A DNA stretch of 64,000 bases from Candidatus Oxydemutatoraceae bacterium (lineage in GTDB: Bacteria; Pseudomonadota; Gammaproteobacteria; Poriferisulfidales; Oxydemutatoraceae), in NCBI GenBank assembly GCA_965211995.1, contig OZ243040.1, positions 1,031,620 through 1,095,619 on the forward strand, written 5' to 3'. Of the stretch, positions 60,474 through 64,000 are shown piece by piece. Every line of letters begins with the position of its first letter. The first letter of the stretch is position 1. The translations under genes and the position numbers were made by a program. The notes under the pieces were generated by a model. It was given only the letters and a program-made list of their open reading frames with translations. It did not search any database and was not told the DNA's origin.

Positions 60474-63400
60474 ATGAACACCCACACCACGACGGCCCTA
60501 AACGTAATTGAGGCGGCGGCGCCGAACGTCAACGCGGCGGTGTCGGCTTCCGCCGGCACCGGCAAGACCTGGCTGCTGGTGACGCGGCTGCTGCGGCTGC
60601 TGCTCGCCGGGGAACCGCCCGCCTCGATCCTCGCGATCACGTTCACGCAGAAAGCCGCCGCTGAGATCCGCACAAGGCTGACCTCGACGCTGCGCGACTG
60701 GACGCGCGCCGACGACGCCGCGCTCAAGCGCGAACTCGAGCACCTCGGCGCCGCGCCCGCGCAGGTGCGGCGCGCGCGCGCACTGTACGAAACGCTGATC
60801 TACGCCGAAAACGACATCCGCATCCTGACCTTCCACGCGTTCTGCGCGGAGATCCTCGAGCGCTTTCCGTTCGAGGCCAAAGTCCCGCCGGGGTTCGAGA
60901 TCTGCACCGAGGAATGGGAGTTGCAGGACGAGGCGCTGAACCGGTTGTACACGGCGGCGGCCGGTCCCGCTCAGGCCACGGCGCGGGCGCTGCAAACGTT
61001 GTTTGAAGCCTGCGGCGGGCTGGCCAGCACCAACCTCGCGCTCAGGAACTTCCTGAACCACCGCAACGACTGGCTCGCCTACGTCGAACCGGACACACAA
61101 ACGCCGGCGCAGACCGCGACCCGGCACTTGAGCGAAATGCTCGGCGTCGAGCCCGAAGACGCCGAACGCGGCATCGTGCTCGACGCGCCGACGCGCGAAC
61201 TGCTCGCACGGCACGCGCGGCTGCTCGCGCTGCACGACACCCAAACCTTCCGCGGACACACCGCTGCGATCGACCACTTTCTCGCGTCCGGCGCGGAAGC
61301 CGGCGCGGAAACGCTGCCGGCGCTGCTCGACTGCTTTTTCAAACGGGACGGCGGCGAGCGAGCGCACGAATTCACGGGCAACGCGTTCCGCCAGGCGCTG
61401 GGCCCCGAGTACGCCGAGTTTGACGCCGGGCGGGCGGCGCTGGCCGCAACGCTGACGACGCTCAAGGAAGTGTTACTCAAGCGCCGGACCTTGTGCCGCA
61501 ACCGCGCGTGGTACGTCGCGGGACAGCACCTGGCCGACATCTACCGCGAACTCAAACTCGCGCGCCGCCAACTCGACTTCAACGACCTCGAATGGCTCGC
61601 GTGCCGCGTATTGAACCGCGAAGACGACGCGCAGTGGATCCAGTACCGCCTGAACGAGCGCATCCGCCACGTATTGGTTGACGAATTCCAGGACACCAAC
61701 CCGCAGCAGTGGCAACTGCTCAAGCCGCTGCTCGAAGAAATGGCGTCGCAGCAGGACGGCGGCAGCGCGTTCATCGTCGGCGACGTCAAGCAGTCCATCT
61801 ACGGGTTCCGCCGCGCCAGCCCGGAGTTGCAGGACGAAGCCGGGAACTGGCTGTGCCGGCACATGGGCGGGCGGCTTTACACCACCGACGTCTCGCGGCG
61901 CTCCTCGCCGGCGGTGGTCGAATTCGTCAACCGCGTGTTCGACCCGGCCGGCGGGAACGAGGACGGCGGCGGCGGTGAACGCGGCAAAGCGCCGATGCTG
62001 CCCGGCTTCAGGACGCACGTCAGTCATCTCGATACGCCGGGCGGCGTCATCGTGCTGCCGTTCGCCGAAAAACAACCGGCCGCGGAGGCGCCGCGCGAGT
62101 GGCGCCGCATCCTGCGCGACCCGCCCGCGCCCGGCGGCGCTTTGCCCGCGCTCGCGGAAGGCGAGCGGATCGCCGCGTACATCGCGCGCATGGTCGGCGA
62201 CCGCGTCGCCGTGCACGACCGCGACGGCCGCGTGCGCCCGCTGCGCTTCGGCGACGTCACCTTGCTGTTGCGGAGACGCACGCGGCTCGACTGCTACGAG
62301 CAGGCGCTGGTCAAGGCCGGCATCCCCCACACCAGCGGGCGCACGGAAAAACTGTTCGGCTCGCTCGAAATCGCGGACCTGCTCGCGCTGCTTCAATTCC
62401 TGGTCAACCACGAGCGCAATCTCGATCTTGCGCAGGTGCTGCGCAGCCCGATCTTCGCCGCCACCGACGAGCAGTTGATCGCGCTGGCGCAAACCGCGGA
62501 CGGCTGCTGGTTCGCGCGTCTCGGGCGGCAGCACGGCGACGCCGGCCTGCAACGCGCACACGCATTGCTCAGCGACTGGATCGAGGCCGCGCGCACGCGG
62601 CTGCCGGCGCACGACCTGCTCGACCGCGTCTATCGCGAAGGCGACGTAATCCACCGCTACCGCTGCGCCGCGCCGGACGAGGAACAAGACCTGGTCGAGA
62701 AAAACCTGGTGAGCCTGCTCGACCACTCGCTCGAATTTGAAAGCGGGCGCTACCCGGACGTCGCGCATTTCGCGCGCAGCCTGAAGCGCCGCATCGCGCG
62801 CGCCCGCGGCGGGCGCGCGGCGCTGACGACGAGCATCGAACCCGACGACCTCGACCGCGTGCGCATCCTGACCATCCATCAGGCGAAAGGCCTCGAAGCG
62901 CCGGTGATCGTCCTCGCCGACTGCGGCAAGCAGAAAAAAAAAGCCGGCGCCTACGGCGTGCTCGCCGACTGGCCGCCCCACGGCGAACAGCCCGCCAACT
63001 TCCGGCCCGAAACGCGGCCCAAGGAAGCCGGGCAGGCCGCTGAAAATCGCCCCCCCCTCGGGGGGGAGGCGCCCGGGTTGCACCCGGCCGGTGGGGGGGA
63101 ATACACAAAACAACGCGGGCGGGCGCCGGAAGACGACGGGGCTACGCCGCACTTCAGACTTGAATCCGGCCCCGCGCATTTCCTGCTGGTGCCGAAATCC
63201 GGCCACGTTGACGCTTTCACCGAACAGTGCAAGCGCCGCCTCGAACAACGCGAAGCGAGAGAAGACGCGAACCTGCTGTACGTGGCGTTGACGCGCGCGC
63301 GCCAGTACCTGGTCATCTCAGGCAGCGGCAGCGAGCCCGCGGCCGACTGGTACGGGCTGCTCGAATCTCGCGCACCGAAAACGGTGACGGAGTTTGAAAC

Positions 63401-64000
63401 GGTGGCCGCCGAAGTCCCGGCGGATCAGGCGGCGGCCGCCGAAACCGCCGCCGAGAACGCCGCCGAATACAAGCCGCTGCCGGCGGCGCCCGCACTCGAG
63501 ATCCGCCCGCACGCGCTGGTCGGTGCAACGCCCGGCCGCGCAAGCGCCGCCGCGCGCATCGAAGACGAGGACGGGCAACTGCGCGGACAGGTGATCCACT
63601 ATGCCCTGAAACTGTTGAGCGAGCGCGCCGCAGAAGACGAACTGCAAAGCACCCTCGCCGCGCGCTTCCCGCAGGCTTCGGCGCACCTGCACGAGTGGCT
63701 CGAGCGCGCACGCGCGCTGGTCGCCGACGAGTCGCTGCGCGAATTGTTCGACGACGCGCGCTACGAACAGGTATTGAACGAAGCGCCGATCTCGTTCGTG
63801 CACGACGGCGACTCGTATTTCGGCGTGATTGACCGGGTGTGCGTCGGCCGTGACGCGATCTGGCTGGTTGACTACAAAACGCACGCGGCGCCGGACGCAC
63901 GCGCCGCGGCGCTCAAGGCACACTACGCCGCACAGATGCACGCCTACTACCTGGGCGTGGCGAAACTATGGCCGGGACGCACGGTGCGCACCTCGCTGCT
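60474..64000 (+). CDS. AddA/RecB/UvrD-family helicase-nuclease (SF1 helicase plus C-terminal PD-(D/E)XK nuclease), 3' partial at the window end; carries a MITE copy within the coding frame
   Basis: It is not in the ORF track, consistent with an ORF that never terminates inside the window. ATG at 60474 gives MNTHTTTALNVIEAAAPNVNAAVSASAGTGKTWLLVTRLL (Walker A). Further in, in the same frame as 60474 and 63864 by line-anchored position counts, are VLVDEFQDTNPQQW (motif II, 61671), RILTIHQAKGLEAPVIVLAD, LLYVALTRAR.QYLVISG and the terminal nuclease motif HDGDSYFGVIDRVCVGRDAIWLVDYKTH. The track shows no ORF in that frame between 60115 and 64000. Confidence 0.7.
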   Translation, partial: MNTHTTTALNVIEAAAPNVNAAVSASAGTGKTWLLVTRLLRLLLAGEPPASILAITFTQKAAAEIRTRLTSTLRDWTRADDAALKRELEHLGAAPAQVRRARALYETLIYAENDIRILTFHAFCAEILERFPFEAKVPPGFEICTEEWELQDEALNRLYTAAAGPAQATARALQTLFEACGGLASTNLALRNFLNHRNDWLAYVEPDTQTPAQTATRHLSEMLGVEPEDAERGIVLDAPTRELLARHARLLALHDTQTFRGHTAAIDHFLASGAEAGAETLPALLDCFFKRDGGERAHEFTGNAFRQALGPEYAEFDAGRAALAATLTTLKEVLLKRRTLCRNRAWYVAGQHLADIYRELKLARRQLDFNDLEWLACRVLNREDDAQWIQYRLNERIRHVLVDEFQDTNPQQWQLLKPLLEEMASQQDGGSAFIVGDVKQSIYGFRRASPELQDEAGNWLCRHMGGRLYTTDVSRRSSPAVVEFVNRVFDPAGGNEDGGGGERGKAPMLPGFRTHVSHLDTPGGVIVLPFAEKQPAAEAPREWRRILRDPPAPGGALPALAEGERIAAYIARMVGDRVAVHDRDGRVRPLRFGDVTLLLRRRTRLDCYEQALVKAGIPHTSGRTEKLFGSLEIADLLALLQFLVNHERNLDLAQVLRSPIFAATDEQLIALAQTADGCWFARLGRQHGDAGLQRAHALLSDWIEAARTRLPAHDLLDRVYREGDVIHRYRCAAPDEEQDLVEKNLVSLLDHSLEFESGRYPDVAHFARSLKRRIARARGGRAALTTSIEPDDLDRVRILTIHQAKGLEAPVIVLADCGKQKKKAGAYGVLADWPPHGEQPANFRPETRPKEAGQAAENRPPLGGEAPGLHPAGGGEYTKQRGRAPEDDGATPHFRLESGPAHFLLVPKSGHVDAFTEQCKRRLEQREAREDANLLYVALTRARQYLVISGSGSEPAADWYGLLESRAPKTVTEFETVAAEVPADQAAAAETAAENAAEYKPLPAAPALEIRPHALVGATPGRASAAARIEDEDGQLRGQVIHYALKLLSERAAEDELQSTLAARFPQASAHLHEWLERARALVADESLRELFDDARYEQVLNEAPISFVHDGDSYFGVIDRVCVGRDAIWLVDYKTHAAPDARAAALKAHYAAQMHAYYLGVAKLWPGRTVRTSL
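63000..63170. repeat. MITE-like element copy located inside the helicase coding sequence (between helicase motifs V and VI)
   Basis: ...gccgctgaaaatcgccccccc(c)tcggggggaggcgcccgggttgcacccggccggtgggggggaatacacaaaacaacgcgggcgggcgccggaagacgacggggctacgccgcacttcagacttgaatccgg aligns to copy 39681-39830 across its length. Confidence 0.6.

Noticed and set aside
61473-63248. 591-aa minus-strand ORF, plus the + strand ORFs 61678..62478 and 62099..62740
   Set aside because: They overlap the helicase gene in other frames and are Arg/Pro-rich junk.

Overview
This is a high-GC (about 63-65%) proteobacterial chromosome segment with a clear methylotroph signature, interrupted by several low-GC islands. The methylotrophy genes are a XoxF-type PQQ methanol dehydrogenase with cytochrome cL and XoxJ, a second lanthanide-type PQQ alcohol dehydrogenase with a dihaem cytochrome c, a complete pqqABCDE operon on the minus strand, a PQQ-dependent sorbosone-dehydrogenase-family enzyme, PPi-type phosphofructokinase and formate-THF ligase. 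Housekeeping genes include adk, serS, efp-epmA-epmB, htpX, parE, parC, a tRNA-Ser and a partial AddA/UvrD-like helicase-nuclease that runs off the 3' window end.

Three things are out of the ordinary:
- A roughly 150-230 bp MITE-like element with terminal inverted repeats occurs in at least 7-9 copies. One copy appears to be carried in-frame inside the helicase gene, one lies in the 5' region of parC, and an inverted pair brackets a HAD-hydrolase gene sitting between parE and parC.
- There are many tandem or near-tandem duplications, 58-300 bp long with 2-5 copies each, that sit exactly on gene boundaries: pip/gsdh, pqqD/pqqE, epmA/PTP, parE/HAD, the serS 3' end, the kefB-like 5' end, the epmB 3' end and the htpX 5' end.
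- A low-GC island at about 7.6-11.3 kb carries a lone ABC/OLD-type defence-like ATPase, a HigA-like antitoxin interrupted by an in-frame TAG, and an XhlA-like membrane protein. There is also an orphan DNA methyltransferase abutting tRNA-Ser, and a 1781-aa adhesin with 11-12 Ig-like repeats and a GlyGly-CTERM-like sorting tail.

I found no rRNA and no CRISPR array. The ORF track omits ORFs that run off the window edge. I could not count frames to single-nucleotide accuracy in places (homopolymer runs), so in-frame claims lean on the pattern of the track rather than on my hand translation.
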